Assembly: GCA_046734045.1 (NCBI GenBank)
Contig: JBKPQL010000053.1
Span: 2,903 to 66,902, forward strand
DNA length: 64,000 nt
Direction: 5' to 3'
Source of the DNA: Verrucomicrobiota bacterium
Lineage (GTDB): Bacteria; Verrucomicrobiota; Verrucomicrobiia; Chthoniobacterales; UBA10450
The notes under the pieces are model-generated. The model saw only the letters and a program-made list of their open reading frames with translations, was not told the origin of the DNA and did no database searches. Of this stretch, positions 19,020-29,901 are shown one piece after another. How positions within the stretch are numbered: the stretch's first letter is position 1; every line of letters starts with the position of its first letter. The position numbers and the translations under genes were made by a program.

Positions 19020-19400
19020 ATGCAGTTAGAAGGAATCGATCACGTAGCGCTAAGCGTGCGCGACATCGAGCGATCAGCGAAATGGTATACCGAAGTTCTC
19101 GGGTTCGAGCGGCTTTATGAAGGCGTGTGGAACGGCGTGCCGACTTTCGTTGGTAAGGGAAATACCGGGATTGCGTTGTTCTCCACGACCGCGAATCAAA
19201 AATCAGCGCCTTCGAGCCACCGCGATCTTCGAATGCTTCACCTCGCTTTTCGCGCGAACAGGGAAAATTTTCTCGTCGCGCAGCGCGAATTAGAAAAGCG
19301 CGGAATCAAATTCGAATTCCAAGATCACGAAATCTCGCATTCCGTCTATTTTCGCGATCCCGATGGCCATCAGCTCGAGATCACGACCTATGATTTGTAG
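19020..19400 (+). CDS. VOC/glyoxalase-family protein
   Basis: Motifs seen: IDHVALSVRDIERSAKWYTEVLGF and YFRDPDGHQLEI. The ATG at 19020 is preferred over the upstream extension from 18969. Confidence 0.85.
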   Translation: MQLEGIDHVALSVRDIERSAKWYTEVLGFERLYEGVWNGVPTFVGKGNTGIALFSTTANQKSAPSSHRDLRMLHLAFRANRENFLVAQRELEKRGIKFEFQDHEISHSVYFRDPDGHQLEITTYDL

Positions 19401-19438
19401 GAACAGCACGCCTAGGCGTCTAGCGATTTCAATTCTTC

Positions 19439-19540
19439 CATTGTCATGTTGAGCGGAGGGAAACATCTCTGATGATTGCTTCGCGCGCCACCTGGAAGAA
19501 ATAATCAGAGATTCCTCGACTTCGCTCGGAGTGACAGTCT
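19439..19540. repeat. REP-like element family F1, inverted pair
   Basis: ttgtcatgttgagcggagggaaacatctctgatgatt faces the inverse of ctgtcactccgagcgaagtcgaggaatctctgattatt. The pair lies between the convergent VOC and secA ends. Confidence 0.7.
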
Positions 19541-19560
19541 GACGTGACCGCGCCGTGCGA

Positions 19561-22560
19561 TTACGCGACACGACCGCAGCAGTTTTTATATTTTTTTCCG
19601 CTGCCGCAGGGGCATGGTTCGTTGCGGCCGACCTTTGGCATGGAACGCCGGATGGGAAGATCAATCGATACGTCGCCCGCGCCGTCGCCGTCCCCCGCAA
19701 CTCCAGCCATTGCGCCAACTGGTTGAGGCTGGCGTGCGCGCGACGGAGCGCCGGCTGTGGGCGCGGTCGGCGCATGTTCCCGCAGCAGGAATTGCGGCAA
19801 CGTCGCGAGAAAATTCTCGAATGCCTGCAAGTTCGATGTGCTGCGGAAGAGATTGTTCAGCACTTCGTTCTTAATGTTCGCCATCAATTCGACAAACATG
19901 TCGTACGCTTCGGTCTTGTATTCGATGAGCGGGTCCTTCTGCGCGTAGCCACGGAGATAAACACCCTCCCGCAACGCATCCATCGCATAGAGATGTTCCT
20001 GCCAGAGGCGGTCGATGGCGTTGAGAATGATGTACCGCTCAAGGCTTTTCACCGCGGTCGGCTCTTCGTAAGCTGATTTGCGCTCGTAAGCGTTCTTGAT
20101 CTTTTCAACCAGGAACTGCGCGTTTTCTTCGACACTCCGCGTTTCAAATTGGGCTTTCTCCTTAGTCAAGCCGAGCGGGAAAGTCGTGTTCACCCAATGG
20201 ATGAGCCCGTTGTAATGCGGTTCATCGACTTCGAGATATTCCTTCACCTTCGCCGGCACGGCTTCGTCGATCACTTCGTAAATCAGCGTGCGCGGCTCCT
20301 CGGAATCGATCACTTCATTGCGGTACGTGTAAACCACCTCGCGCTGCATGTTCATCACGTCATCGAAATCGAGCGTGCGTTTTCGGATTAGATAATTCCG
20401 CTGCTCCACACGTTTCTGAGCAGTCTCGACCGATTTGTTCAGCCAGCGATGCTCGAGTTCCTGGCCTTCCTCGAGCCCGAAACGCTCCATGATTTTCGTC
20501 ATGCGATCGGCTGCGCCGAAATTGCGCATCAGATCGTCCTCGAAGCTGACATAAAAGCGGGAGGCGCCGGGATCGCCCTGGCGCGCGCAGCGCCCGCGTA
20601 ACTGCCGGTCGATCCGCCGCGCCTCGTGGCGCTCAGTCCCAATTACCATCAAACCACCCATGTCCGTCACGCCCGGACCAAGCTTAATGTCGGTACCTCG
20701 TCCAGCCATGTTCGTTGAAATGGTAACCGTGCCCGGTTGCCCAGCGCGCGCCACAATTTCAGCTTCCTGCATGTGAAATTTCGCGTTCAACACGTTGTGC
20801 GGAATTTTCTCGCGCTTCAGCATTCGACTGAGCAGTTCCGAGGCTTCCACGCTCACCGTGCCCACCAGCACGGGCTGAGTTTTCGCGTGTGCTTCTTTGA
20901 TTTCCCTGATGACGGAGTTGTATTTTTCGCGCCGCGTTTTGTAGATGCGATCGTTGTAGTCCGTGCGCGCGACTGGCCGGTTCGTCGGAATCATATTGAC
21001 ATCGAGTTTGTAAATGTCGTGGAACTCCGCTGCTTCGGTTTCGGCCGTGCCGGTCATACCGGCCAGCTTCCGATAGAGCCGGAAATAATTCTGGATCGTG
21101 ATGGTCGCCAGCGTCTGTGTTTCGCGATCGATCTGCACGCCTTCTTTTGCTTCCACCGCCTGGTGCAAGCCGTCGCTCCAGCGCCGCCCCGGCATTTTGC
21201 GCCCGGTGAACTCATCGACAATCACAACCTTGTTGTCTTCGATGACGTACTGAACATCTTTCTCGAACAAGCAGTAGGCGCGGAGTAATTGCGAGATGTT
21301 GTGAATCCGCTCCGCCTGTGCGTCGCAATGCTGCTGCCGCTCGGCCTTTTTCTTGTCCTTCTCCTCCGGCGAGAGCGTCTGATCCAGATCAATCTCAGTG
21401 AATTCGTTAATCAAATCCGGCAGCACAAACGCGTTGGGATCGTCCGGATTGAGAAAGATGCGGCCCTGCTCGGAGAGATCAGCTTCGTTCGATTTTTCAT
21501 CGATGGTGAAGAAAAGCTCCTCTTTCAGTTGGAACAATTCTTCCTTGCGCGTGTCCTGGTAAAATGAAAGCTCGGCTTTGTCGATGGCGCGGCGTTTGTC
21601 CGGGTCTTCCATCATGCGCAACAGCTGTTTGTTGCGCGGTTGACCAAGTTTGACTTTGAACATGAGACGTCCGCCAGTCTCCACATCGCCCTGCTCAAAT
21701 TTCTCGATCGCTTCGCTGGCCAGCCGGTTGCAGAGCATGTTTTGCTTCCGGACCAACTGCTCGATCAACGGCTTCCATTTATCGTACTGATGGGTCGAGA
21801 TCGTGGCGGGCCCGCTAATGATTAGCGGCGTACGCGCTTCATCGATCAGAATGGAATCAACTTCATCGACAATCGCGTAATGATAGCCACGCTGGACTTG
21901 TTGCTCGCGCGTGGTGGCCATGCCGTTGTCGCGCAGATAATCGAAGCCGAACTCACTGTTCGTCCCGTACGTGATGTCCATCGCGTATTGTTCGCGACGG
22001 ACGTCCGGCTCTTGATCGTGTTGAATACAGCCAACCGTTAGCCCGAGGAAATCGTAAAGTTGCCCCATCCATTCCGCGTCACGTCGCGCCAGATAATCGT
22101 TCACCGTCACGAGATGCGCGCCGCGGCCGGTCAGCGCATTCAGGTAAAGTGGCAAAGTCGCGACCAAAGTCTTGCCTTCGCCGGTCGCCATCTCTGCGAT
22201 CCGGCCCCGGTGCAAGACGATTCCCCCTAGCAATTGCACATTGAAGTGCACCATGTCCCAGACCATCGGTTGATCGCACACTGTGAAAGTGTGCTGTCGC
22301 TCTTTCAGACGGCGCGCCGCGTTTTTAACTACCGCAAACGCCTCCGGCAAAATTTCATCCAGCCTATTCCATTGATCTTCCAGCTCCGGAATCGTGGATA
22401 CCTCTTCCTTCCAGGCAGCGGTTATCGCTCGCAACTCATCATCGGACAAGCTCTTGAACTGCTCGTCCAACTCGTTGATCCGGCGCACGATCGGCATCAG
22501 GCGCTTGAGTTCGCGCTGGTTTTTCGAGCCTAAAATCTTCTTTAAAATCCAACCAACCAT
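19561..22560 (-). CDS. secA: preprotein translocase ATPase SecA
   Basis: The 999-aa product has DEAD-motor motifs ([39 protein letters not shown]) and a C-terminal zinc finger, [14 protein letters not shown]. Confidence 0.98.
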   Translation of the reverse strand: MVGWILKKILGSKNQRELKRLMPIVRRINELDEQFKSLSDDELRAITAAWKEEVSTIPELEDQWNRLDEILPEAFAVVKNAARRLKERQHTFTVCDQPMVWDMVHFNVQLLGGIVLHRGRIAEMATGEGKTLVATLPLYLNALTGRGAHLVTVNDYLARRDAEWMGQLYDFLGLTVGCIQHDQEPDVRREQYAMDITYGTNSEFGFDYLRDNGMATTREQQVQRGYHYAIVDEVDSILIDEARTPLIISGPATISTHQYDKWKPLIEQLVRKQNMLCNRLASEAIEKFEQGDVETGGRLMFKVKLGQPRNKQLLRMMEDPDKRRAIDKAELSFYQDTRKEELFQLKEELFFTIDEKSNEADLSEQGRIFLNPDDPNAFVLPDLINEFTEIDLDQTLSPEEKDKKKAERQQHCDAQAERIHNISQLLRAYCLFEKDVQYVIEDNKVVIVDEFTGRKMPGRRWSDGLHQAVEAKEGVQIDRETQTLATITIQNYFRLYRKLAGMTGTAETEAAEFHDIYKLDVNMIPTNRPVARTDYNDRIYKTRREKYNSVIREIKEAHAKTQPVLVGTVSVEASELLSRMLKREKIPHNVLNAKFHMQEAEIVARAGQPGTVTISTNMAGRGTDIKLGPGVTDMGGLMVIGTERHEARRIDRQLRGRCARQGDPGASRFYVSFEDDLMRNFGAADRMTKIMERFGLEEGQELEHRWLNKSVETAQKRVEQRNYLIRKRTLDFDDVMNMQREVVYTYRNEVIDSEEPRTLIYEVIDEAVPAKVKEYLEVDEPHYNGLIHWVNTTFPLGLTKEKAQFETRSVEENAQFLVEKIKNAYERKSAYEEPTAVKSLERYIILNAIDRLWQEHLYAMDALREGVYLRGYAQKDPLIEYKTEAYDMFVELMANIKNEVLNNLFRSTSNLQAFENFLATLPQFLLREHAPTAPTAGAPSRARQPQPVGAMAGVAGDGDGAGDVSIDLPIRRSMPKVGRNEPCPCGSGKKYKNCCGRVA

Positions 22561-22663
22561 TTCATTATTAATATCGACTAGATTCTCAATCTGTCATCCC
22601 GATGGTAGCTTGCGCAGAAACAGCAAGCTGGAAGCTTACGCCACCCTGGCTAGAATCGGCCGC

Positions 22664-23086
22664 ATGAAGAAAATCATTTCTACGAGCGACGCCCCCGCGG
22701 CGATTGGCCCCTACTCGCAAGCAGTTCGCAGCGGAAGGTTGCTCTTTTGCAGCGGCCAAATCCCGCTTGACCCGAAATCTGGCCAAATCGTTTCCGGCGA
22801 CATCGAAGCGCAGACTCGGCGAGTGCTGGATAACATCGCAGCCGTTTTGAGAGCTGAAGGACTCGCTTTCGATAATGTCGTCAAGACAACAATCTTCCTC
22901 ACCGATCTCGGCGATTTCCAAACCGTAAACGAAATTTACGGTTCATATTTCAAGCAAGAGCCACCGGCTCGTTCTACAGTGCAAGTCTCCGCACTACCGA
23001 AGGGAGCGAAGTTGGAAATCGAAGTGATTGCCATGGCGGATGAGCGTGGCCTGGCCGAGCAAACGGCGTATGACACCTCTGGATAA
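22664..23086 (+). CDS. ridA: RidA-family reactive-intermediate deaminase
   Basis: Motifs seen: APAAIGPYSQAV, LFCSGQIPLDP, PARSTVQVSALPKGAKLEIEVIA. Confidence 0.9.
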   Translation: MKKIISTSDAPAAIGPYSQAVRSGRLLFCSGQIPLDPKSGQIVSGDIEAQTRRVLDNIAAVLRAEGLAFDNVVKTTIFLTDLGDFQTVNEIYGSYFKQEPPARSTVQVSALPKGAKLEIEVIAMADERGLAEQTAYDTSG

Positions 23087-23161
23087 GATCGACAATGCCG
23101 AGGCGAAACTGTAGTCAGACGCCAACTCAAAAGGCGTTTCACAGAAACGCCCCACAACAAC

Positions 23162-23728
23162 ATGAGCGAAGATCTCCTCGCGCTGTTCCGCAAGACCGGC
23201 GCGCTGCTCGATGGCCACTTCGTTTTGCGCTCCGGCTTGCATACCCGCCAGTATTTTCAGTGCGCGATCCTTTTGCAACATACGGAAATCGCCGCGCAGG
23301 TGTGCGGACAACTCGCCGATAAATTGCGCAACTTCGAGTGCGACACCGTCATCTCCCCTGCGCTCGGCGGAATTATCGTCGGCCAGGAAGTCGGCCGCTC
23401 GTTACGCAAACGTCATATCTTCGTCGAAAAAGAGGACGGCAAACTTGTTCTGCGCCGAAGTTTTCAAATCTCACCTAACGAAAGATTCATCGTTGTGGAA
23501 GACGTCGTGACTCGGGGCGGCCGCGTCCAAGAAACAGTCGATATCGTCGGCACCCACGGCGGTCTCACCGCCGCTGTAGGGGTGATCGTCGATCGCAGCG
23601 GGGAAGCAAAACCGGATTTTGGCTGCCCGTTTGTGAGTCTGATCGAAATGGATGTCGAAACGTTTGCCGCGGACAATCTACCGCCCGATCTCGCCAAAAT
23701 TCCCGCCGTTAAACCCGGGAGTAAATAG
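23162..23728 (+). CDS. pyrE: orotate phosphoribosyltransferase
   Basis: Motifs seen: GHFVLRSGLHTRQYFQC and the PRPP-binding loop FIVVEDVVTRGG. Confidence 0.93.
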   Translation: MSEDLLALFRKTGALLDGHFVLRSGLHTRQYFQCAILLQHTEIAAQVCGQLADKLRNFECDTVISPALGGIIVGQEVGRSLRKRHIFVEKEDGKLVLRRSFQISPNERFIVVEDVVTRGGRVQETVDIVGTHGGLTAAVGVIVDRSGEAKPDFGCPFVSLIEMDVETFAADNLPPDLAKIPAVKPGSK

Positions 23729-23748
23729 GGCGATTGGGGCAATCGCCC
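23728..23748. terminator. bidirectional hairpin (REP family F4, GGGCGATTG-loop-CAATCGCCC) exactly between two convergent stop codons
   Basis: gggcgattg ggg caatcgccc sits between the pyrE stop (23726-28) and the minus-strand stop (23749-51). Confidence 0.6.
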
Positions 23749-26106
23749 CTACCTCGACAATAATTCGCGAAGTGTCGTCGAATCAGTCACGGGCGCTTTG
23801 CAGGTGAAATTTTCACAGACGTACGCGGCTGGTTTGCCCTCAACCGGCGACATAGCGCGGATGGCTTCGTTTTTACCGCCCAGATATTTTTGACCTTCGC
23901 TGCCATCGGCCAGAAGCAGAACGGTCTTTGCCAGAAAATGGCAATACACCTCTTTGAGCAGCGCCTTTGTTTCGGGCGCGTCTTTCTTTCCTGCAATCAC
24001 GATTTGTCGCGGTTTGCTTAACGAGTAGTCGAGAGCGACCAGCATTTGTGGCATGGCACTGGGGAAATGGGAAAGCGTGGTCGCAAAGGCATCGATCGTT
24101 TTTCTCGCACGCTCTGCTCCGGCAGCTGCCGGGGCATCGAGAATTTGCGACAACCGCAAAAGATTCAGCGCTGCGACCGAGCTCGCTGCGGGCTCCGCGC
24201 CGTCGTTGTCGTCTTTCATCTGGAGGAAGACATTCTCGTCTTTACCGCTTGTGCTGAAGTAGCCGCCGTTCTTCTCATCGAAAAACATGCGGTCCTGCAT
24301 TTCCTGTAGCTGCGTCGCAAACTTTAGCCATTCGATATCGAACGAGGCTTCGTAAAGATCGAGAAGGCTCTGGATCACGAACGCGTAATCGTCAGCAAAC
24401 GCTTCAATGTCGCTGCGACCCTCGCGATAATTGCGATACAAAACCTTGCGCGATGAATCGTATAGATTCTGACGCAAGAAATTCGCCGCGCGCGTCGCGA
24501 TTTCTAAATACCGCGGTTCGTCGAGCACCTGCGCTGCTCGTGCGAATGCAGAGATCATCAGGCCGTTCCATGCGGCGATGATCTTATCGTCCAGGTGCGG
24601 GCGCGGACGTTTACCGCGAACGGCAAGCAATTTTTCGCGACCATGCGCGAGCGCTTTCGCAATTTCCTCTTTGGTTTTCCGAAAGTGTTCTGCCGTCTCT
24701 GCAATCGTGTGCCGCTCAATTAGGATGTTTTTTCCGCGGAATTCATCCTGCGGATCGCTTCCTTCCGGCGCGTTGCCGTGCGCCTGCACGCCGTAATGGA
24801 AATCAAAAATCTCGGCGGCATCGCCCAGCGCCGCGTCGATCTCTTTCTTTGTCCAGATATAAAAGGCGCCTTCGGCGGTTTTCTCTAGTGGCGCTGTGTG
24901 AGCGCCGACATCTGGCTCAGGTGATTCGACTCGGCGGTCATAGACCGCCGCTACAGGAACCGGGCTGTCGGCATCTTCGGCGGAGAAAAAGCTGCCTTCT
25001 TTTGAAGTCATGTCGCGAGCGACATAGTTGAGAATGCCGCGCGCGACCGCCTCGAACTCGACCCTCACCGGCGCATTCGCGTCCGCCTCTCGGCGCTCCG
25101 CCCAGTCGCGATCCCGACCCGTAGGATTGAGGTGAGGGTCGCCTAAAATTTGATACGCGTCGAGATAGGCGACAGCCAGCTGCGCCTGATCGTAGAGCAT
25201 CTTTTCGAAGTGCGGCACGTGCCAGTAACGATCGACCGAGTAACGATGAAAGCCGCCACCGATATGATCGTGCATTCCACCCGCGGCCATTTTGCGTAGC
25301 GTGAACAAAGCCATTTCGAGCGCTTGTTTGCCGGATTCGCTCTTGGGATCACGTGCGTAAAATCGCGTCAAGAAATTCAGCGTCACTGGGCGCGGAAATT
25401 TTGGGGCATTGCCAAATCCGCCTTCCTTGGGATCGTAGCTGCGGTCAATCTGCTGATAAGCGGCGTCCAAAATCGCCGCGTCGATCTTCCCTTCGGGCGT
25501 CGTGTTTGCCGATTGCGATTCGCGCAGAGCAGCAACGATCTTGGTGCCTTGCTCAATGATCTTGTCGTGATTTTCCTTCCAAGCAGTCGCGATCCGCGCC
25601 AGCACTTTCTTGAACCCGGGCTGCCCGTACCGATCCTCCGGCGGAAAATAGGTCCCACCGACAAACGGCTTAAGATCGGGCGTCAACCAGACACTCATTG
25701 GCCAGCCGCCACCGCCAGTGGTCGCCTGCACGAAAGTCATGTAAACGCGATCAACATCGGGACGCTCTTCCCGGTCCACCTTGATGTTCACGAACTCGCG
25801 ATTCATGATGGCGGCCACTTCTTGGTTTTCAAAAGATTCGTGGGCCATGACGTGGCACCAGTGACAAGTGGAATAACCAACCGAGAGGAAGATCGGCTTG
25901 TTTTCGCGGCGGGCTTTGGCGAACGCTTCCTCGCCCCACGGATACCAATCGACCGGGTTATCTGCGTGCTGGAGAAGGTAAGGCGACTTCTCGTGCGCGA
26001 GCCGGTTAGTATGCTCCGGCCCCGCAGGCGTCTGCTCAGCAGAAACGTTCGTTGATGCCACTAACCACGTTAGCGCGAGAAATCCAAAGCGGAAATGCCT
26101 TCTCAT
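23749..26106 (-). CDS. thioredoxin-domain protein (DUF255 / YyaL-type, six-hairpin glycosidase-like C-domain), exported
   Basis: Motifs seen: [52 protein letters not shown]. Signal peptide [23 protein letters not shown]. The ORF is open to 26154. Confidence 0.9.
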   Translation of the reverse strand: MRRHFRFGFLALTWLVASTNVSAEQTPAGPEHTNRLAHEKSPYLLQHADNPVDWYPWGEEAFAKARRENKPIFLSVGYSTCHWCHVMAHESFENQEVAAIMNREFVNIKVDREERPDVDRVYMTFVQATTGGGGWPMSVWLTPDLKPFVGGTYFPPEDRYGQPGFKKVLARIATAWKENHDKIIEQGTKIVAALRESQSANTTPEGKIDAAILDAAYQQIDRSYDPKEGGFGNAPKFPRPVTLNFLTRFYARDPKSESGKQALEMALFTLRKMAAGGMHDHIGGGFHRYSVDRYWHVPHFEKMLYDQAQLAVAYLDAYQILGDPHLNPTGRDRDWAERREADANAPVRVEFEAVARGILNYVARDMTSKEGSFFSAEDADSPVPVAAVYDRRVESPEPDVGAHTAPLEKTAEGAFYIWTKKEIDAALGDAAEIFDFHYGVQAHGNAPEGSDPQDEFRGKNILIERHTIAETAEHFRKTKEEIAKALAHGREKLLAVRGKRPRPHLDDKIIAAWNGLMISAFARAAQVLDEPRYLEIATRAANFLRQNLYDSSRKVLYRNYREGRSDIEAFADDYAFVIQSLLDLYEASFDIEWLKFATQLQEMQDRMFFDEKNGGYFSTSGKDENVFLQMKDDNDGAEPAASSVAALNLLRLSQILDAPAAAGAERARKTIDAFATTLSHFPSAMPQMLVALDYSLSKPRQIVIAGKKDAPETKALLKEVYCHFLAKTVLLLADGSEGQKYLGGKNEAIRAMSPVEGKPAAYVCENFTCKAPVTDSTTLRELLSR

Positions 26107-26147
26107 GAGATAACCCGCGGACAAGCACACGTCCGTATCAACCATTC

Positions 26148-26253
26148 TTGTCATTCCGAGCGAAGTCGAGGAATCTCTGGCTGTTTTAGCGGGCGCAACG
26201 ACGGCATTCTCATTGAAGTTATGAGTTGTCTCGACTCCCCTCTACATGACAAA
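26148..26253. repeat. REP-like element family F1, inverted pair
   Basis: cttgtcattccgagcgaagtcgaggaatctctggctg faces the inverse of ctttgtcatgtagaggggagtcgagacaactc. Confidence 0.65.
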
Positions 26254-26255
26254 GC

Positions 26256-26993
26256 ATGGATACGACACATCTCGTTCTTCTCTTTCTCGCAATCGGCGTG
26301 ATCGCGTTTCTCTATTCGTCGGTCGGACACGCGGGTGCGTCCGGTTACATCGCGACGATGACTCTATTTGGTCTCGCGCCGATCATCATTCGTCCGACCG
26401 CGCTTGTACTTAACATTTTGGTTGCGTCTATTGGCACCTTCCAATTCTGGCGGGCCGGTCATTTTTCCTGGAAACTATTTTGGCCTTTTGCGTTGCTTTC
26501 CATTCCGGCCGCGTATCTCGGCGGCTATTTGCAGCCTTCCGCTTCGGTACTGAGAATTTTGATTGGGATCGTGCTGCTTTTCTCCGCTGCGCGACTTGTA
26601 TTTCGGCGCAGCGATCCGCCGAAAACATTCCCTCCGTCGCGGCCAATGGCGATTAGTGTCGGCGCAGGTCTGGGACTTCTTGCAGGACTCACGGGAACCG
26701 GAGGCGGAATATTTCTCACTCCGCTCCTGCTGTTTTGCCAGTGGGCCCACATTCGACAAGCTGCCGCCGTCTCCGCGCTGTTTATCTGGGTGAACTCGAT
26801 CGCCGGCCTGGTTGGTTACTTCACAAAGGTTCGTTCCATCCCTTCGCTGGGTTTGATTCTTGCAGCCGCTGCGATCGTGGGCGGCATCATCGGCTCGCAT
26901 CTGGGGAGCAGGCGTTTCGCCGTCCGCGTGATTTCGCTTTTTCTAGCGACGGTCCTGCTGATTGCGGGAACGAAACTGATTTTTACGAGGTAG
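26256..26993 (+). CDS. sulfite exporter TauE/SafE-family membrane protein
   Basis: The 245-aa product has about 8 TM helices with two internal repeats carrying G-rich motifs (GHAGASGY and GTGGGIFLTPLL). Confidence 0.9.
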   Translation: MDTTHLVLLFLAIGVIAFLYSSVGHAGASGYIATMTLFGLAPIIIRPTALVLNILVASIGTFQFWRAGHFSWKLFWPFALLSIPAAYLGGYLQPSASVLRILIGIVLLFSAARLVFRRSDPPKTFPPSRPMAISVGAGLGLLAGLTGTGGGIFLTPLLLFCQWAHIRQAAAVSALFIWVNSIAGLVGYFTKVRSIPSLGLILAAAAIVGGIIGSHLGSRRFAVRVISLFLATVLLIAGTKLIFTR

Positions 26994-27064
26994 GGGCGAT
27001 TGACCCGTTCGGCTTCGCTTACGGCAGACTCTCAATCGCCCCGGGCGGTTCGGGTGAACCGCCC
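26993..27064. terminator. two adjacent GC-rich hairpins (family F4-like) between convergent genes
   Basis: ggggcgattga (26993-27003) pairs with tcaatcgcccc (27032-27042). gggcggttc (27043-51) pairs with gaaccgccc (27056-64). Confidence 0.5.
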
Positions 27065-27067
27065 TAC

Positions 27068-27541
27068 CTAAACGCCCAGCTCGAGCTTCGGCGCGGTGGC
27101 GGGCGACCAGGGATTCGTTTTGTAACCGGACGCAACGATTTTGTCGGTGTATGCGCGCAAAAGCTGGCAAAGTGCCGTGACGTCCAAGCCGTGATGTCGC
27201 GGACCGAATCTCACCAGATTTCGCTCGGCCAATCGAAACAGCCGCACCGCAGGCGGCAAGCGCCTGCCATGCTTCGCATGCGACGGATGTTCGAATCGCT
27301 TCTGAAGATGAACGAACGCGCCGGCTGCCTGGATTAGCCCTTTGAAATAATCCGCGTCACGCGATTTGGTCTTGAGCCAAAGCTGCTCGAGGACGTCGTG
27401 CGCTTCATAATAGCGCTGCTCATTCCAGCACTTGAAAAACGCACGGTAAAACGGGTGATTCGCAACCTCTGTCTCGCCTGGAACGAAATCGTCGCCAGCC
27501 AGCTCGGCCACAAATTGTGAAATCCTCTCGCCTTTGGTCAT
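27068..27541 (-). CDS. DUF309 domain protein
   Basis: The segment FFKCWNEQRYYEAHDVLEQLW matches the DUF309 core. Confidence 0.8.
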   Translation of the reverse strand: MTKGERISQFVAELAGDDFVPGETEVANHPFYRAFFKCWNEQRYYEAHDVLEQLWLKTKSRDADYFKGLIQAAGAFVHLQKRFEHPSHAKHGRRLPPAVRLFRLAERNLVRFGPRHHGLDVTALCQLLRAYTDKIVASGYKTNPWSPATAPKLELGV

Positions 27542-27610
27542 GGAGAGCTTTAATTTGCTTGCAGCTCAGAGAATGAGCAAACCACCAAGTCACCGACTCA
27601 TCCGAGGAAC

Positions 27611-27647
27611 ACCCTCACCCGCCCCCTCTCCCTCGCGAGGGAGAGGC
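27611..27647. repeat. REP-like element family F2, intergenic copy
   Basis: Sequence accctcacccgccccctctccctcgcgagggagagg. Confidence 0.6.
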
Positions 27648-27679
27648 AACCCTGCGGCTACGGCACCGTCCCATACAAA

Positions 27680-28942
27680 ATGACCGCCGCTACTCTGGCC
27701 ATGTTGGTGGTCGCCATCGCGATTCTAATTTTCTGTTCCGCGCTGTTTTCCGGAGTGGAAACGGCGCTCTTCCTGCTGAAGCCACATCAATTGCGCCGCC
27801 TCGAAGCGAATCATGCCGGGCTCACGAAATTCATACAACTCTTCCGGGACAATCCGCGTCGCGTCTTGAACGTTCTATTGTTGGGGGACGGACTGATAAA
27901 TGTGGTGCTGGTCGTGTTGTGTCTTTTCTTTTTGTGGGAAGGCCCATTGGCGGGACGCCTTCCGCAGTGGGTGACTGGAATTGCGATCTTTGCAGTCCTC
28001 GTGCTGCTTTGTGATTTCATTCCAAAGCTGCTGGCGCTTTCGGCACCCTACCGGCTCTCAGCGATCAGCGCCCTCACGTTGCAGATATCGATGCCTCTTC
28101 TTGATCGCATCGGTCGTGGACTCGAGACCGTCAGCGCTTATGTGGTCGATCTTCTCACGCCTGCCCATCTGCGCACGCGCGCGCGACTGAGCGACGAGGA
28201 GCTAGAGACGCTGATCGAAATGGGTGAAGAAGAGGGCGCCTTGTATGAAGGCGAGGCCGAGATGATTCAGGAGATTATCAAGCTCGGTGATAAAACGGCA
28301 AAAGATTGCATGACACCGCGCGTCGATACTTTTGCGTTACCGGATGACTTAACTAACGAGGAAGCGATTGCGCGCTTGAAGGAGAAACGGCATCGCCGTG
28401 TTCCAGTTTATGCGGATACGCCAGACCAGATTCTCGGGATCATCGACGTGAAACTGTTCCTGCTCGACACGTCGGAACATTACACCGAAAAACTGATCGC
28501 TCCCTCCTTTGTCCCGGAGACGATGCACGCGCTGGAGTTGCTCAAGCTTTTTCTCACTCATCCCCAAGGAATGGGAGTGGTCGTGGATGAGTTTGGCGGC
28601 ACCGAAGGAATCATCACTATGAAGGACATCGTCGAAGAGATCCTCAGTGACGCGCTGCCTCGGGGCGATGTCGCCCTTTACATTGAGCCGCTCGGCAACG
28701 GTAGATTTCTCGTTAGCGGCAACGCGCGCCTGGACGATTTAAGCGAACACCTTGGTTTTCGAATCGACGCGGACGGCATAGACACCATCGGCGGACTGAT
28801 CTTTACCCGGCTGGGTTATTTGCCGCCCCCCGGCACAAAACTCGAGATCCCGCGTCTTGCCATCACTGTGCGTCGCTCCGGGCGCAAACGAATCGAGGAA
28901 GTTTTGCTGGAGAAAACAACTGCATTCGAGGCTGCGGCATGA
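27680..28942 (+). CDS. CNNM/hemolysin-family protein (DUF21 + CBS pair + CorC_HlyC)
   Basis: Four N-terminal TM helices, then CBS-like DCMTPRVD...VPVY...ILGIIDVKL and VVDEFGGTEGIITMKDIVEEI, then a CorC C-terminal domain. Confidence 0.9.
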   Translation: MTAATLAMLVVAIAILIFCSALFSGVETALFLLKPHQLRRLEANHAGLTKFIQLFRDNPRRVLNVLLLGDGLINVVLVVLCLFFLWEGPLAGRLPQWVTGIAIFAVLVLLCDFIPKLLALSAPYRLSAISALTLQISMPLLDRIGRGLETVSAYVVDLLTPAHLRTRARLSDEELETLIEMGEEEGALYEGEAEMIQEIIKLGDKTAKDCMTPRVDTFALPDDLTNEEAIARLKEKRHRRVPVYADTPDQILGIIDVKLFLLDTSEHYTEKLIAPSFVPETMHALELLKLFLTHPQGMGVVVDEFGGTEGIITMKDIVEEILSDALPRGDVALYIEPLGNGRFLVSGNARLDDLSEHLGFRIDADGIDTIGGLIFTRLGYLPPPGTKLEIPRLAITVRRSGRKRIEEVLLEKTTAFEAAA

Positions 28943-29901
28943 TCGTGGCGCTCATCATTTTTTGTTGCTGGATAGTTTCGTTTTTCTTCAACGGAATTGA
29001 GAGCGGCCTGCTCTCGATCGATCCAGTGCGGTTGCGACAGAATTCAAAGCGCGGCGTACCGGCGGCGCAGCGGTTGAATCGGCTGCTCAAACATCCAGAA
29101 CGTTTGCTGGCGACGGTTCTGCTCTTCACGAATGCGGCCGATATACTTGGTCTGCTCCTGCTGACGCGGCAACTGGTTCGATCGTGCGGCTACGCTGGCT
29201 ACTTCTTCTCCCTGGCAATTGCGTTTCCGGTCTATCTCTTCCTGCTCTCGGTACTTCCAAAATCGCTGTTCCGGCGATTTCCCTTTCATGCGTTAGCTCG
29301 CCTTGCAGGCGTACTTGAACTCGCGTCGATGTTGTGTTCGCCCCTGCTCGAACTTGGTGCACGGCTTGGCAAGCTGGTCCTGCTGGCTCGTGCGGCGAAA
29401 CGCGCCCGGCTCTTTGCCGCGCGCGAAGAGCTAAAACAGATCACTATGCAGAGTGAACGCGAGGGCTCTCTCACTCCGACCGAGCGCGCGATGATACACA
29501 GCGTAGTCGATTTTCGCGGCGTCAAAGTTTGCGACGTGATGCTGCCCTCGGCGAAAGTCGTCGCGTTGCAGCCGAGCGCGTCAACTCAAGACGCACTGAA
29601 GCTCTCTGCGTCTTCCGGCCTTGATCGCCTGCCTGTAGTTGCGCCAGAAGGCCAACCTGCTGGACTGGTCAACGTTTTCGACATTCTGCTCGACCAAAAC
29701 GGAAACAAACCGCTGGGCAATTATGTCCGGCGCATTGTAACCACTACGGAAGAGGAGCCCGCCTACCGCGTTGTGCAGCAATTGCGCGCTGCTCGCCTTG
29801 GGCTGGCTGCGGTTCTGGATGGGAAGAAGAATTTGTGCGGGATTGTTACCCTCGATGATTTGATTCGACGGCTCGTTTCTTCGAGCGAGACGCGGGTTTA
29901 A
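28939..29901 (+). CDS. CNNM-type DUF21 + CBS-pair protein lacking the CorC_HlyC domain
   Basis: A 4-nt overlap with the upstream paralogue, TM-rich N-terminus and CBS-like VMLPSAKVVAL...LPVV...GLVNVFDIL. Confidence 0.85.
   Translation: MIVALIIFCCWIVSFFFNGIESGLLSIDPVRLRQNSKRGVPAAQRLNRLLKHPERLLATVLLFTNAADILGLLLLTRQLVRSCGYAGYFFSLAIAFPVYLFLLSVLPKSLFRRFPFHALARLAGVLELASMLCSPLLELGARLGKLVLLARAAKRARLFAAREELKQITMQSEREGSLTPTERAMIHSVVDFRGVKVCDVMLPSAKVVALQPSASTQDALKLSASSGLDRLPVVAPEGQPAGLVNVFDILLDQNGNKPLGNYVRRIVTTTEEEPAYRVVQQLRAARLGLAAVLDGKKNLCGIVTLDDLIRRLVSSSETRV

Noticed and set aside
19555-22533. Many plus-strand ORFs antisense to secA, for example 19555-20076, 20737-21288, 21289-21567 and 22234-22533.
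   Set aside because: They lie entirely inside the unambiguous secA CDS. No family signatures were seen. They are typical antisense open frames of a GC-biased gene.
22394-22663. The upstream part of the 230-aa ORF containing ridA.
   Set aside because: It overlaps the 5' end of secA on the opposite strand and has no RidA homology. The RidA homology starts at MKKIISTSDAPAAIGPYSQ (22664).
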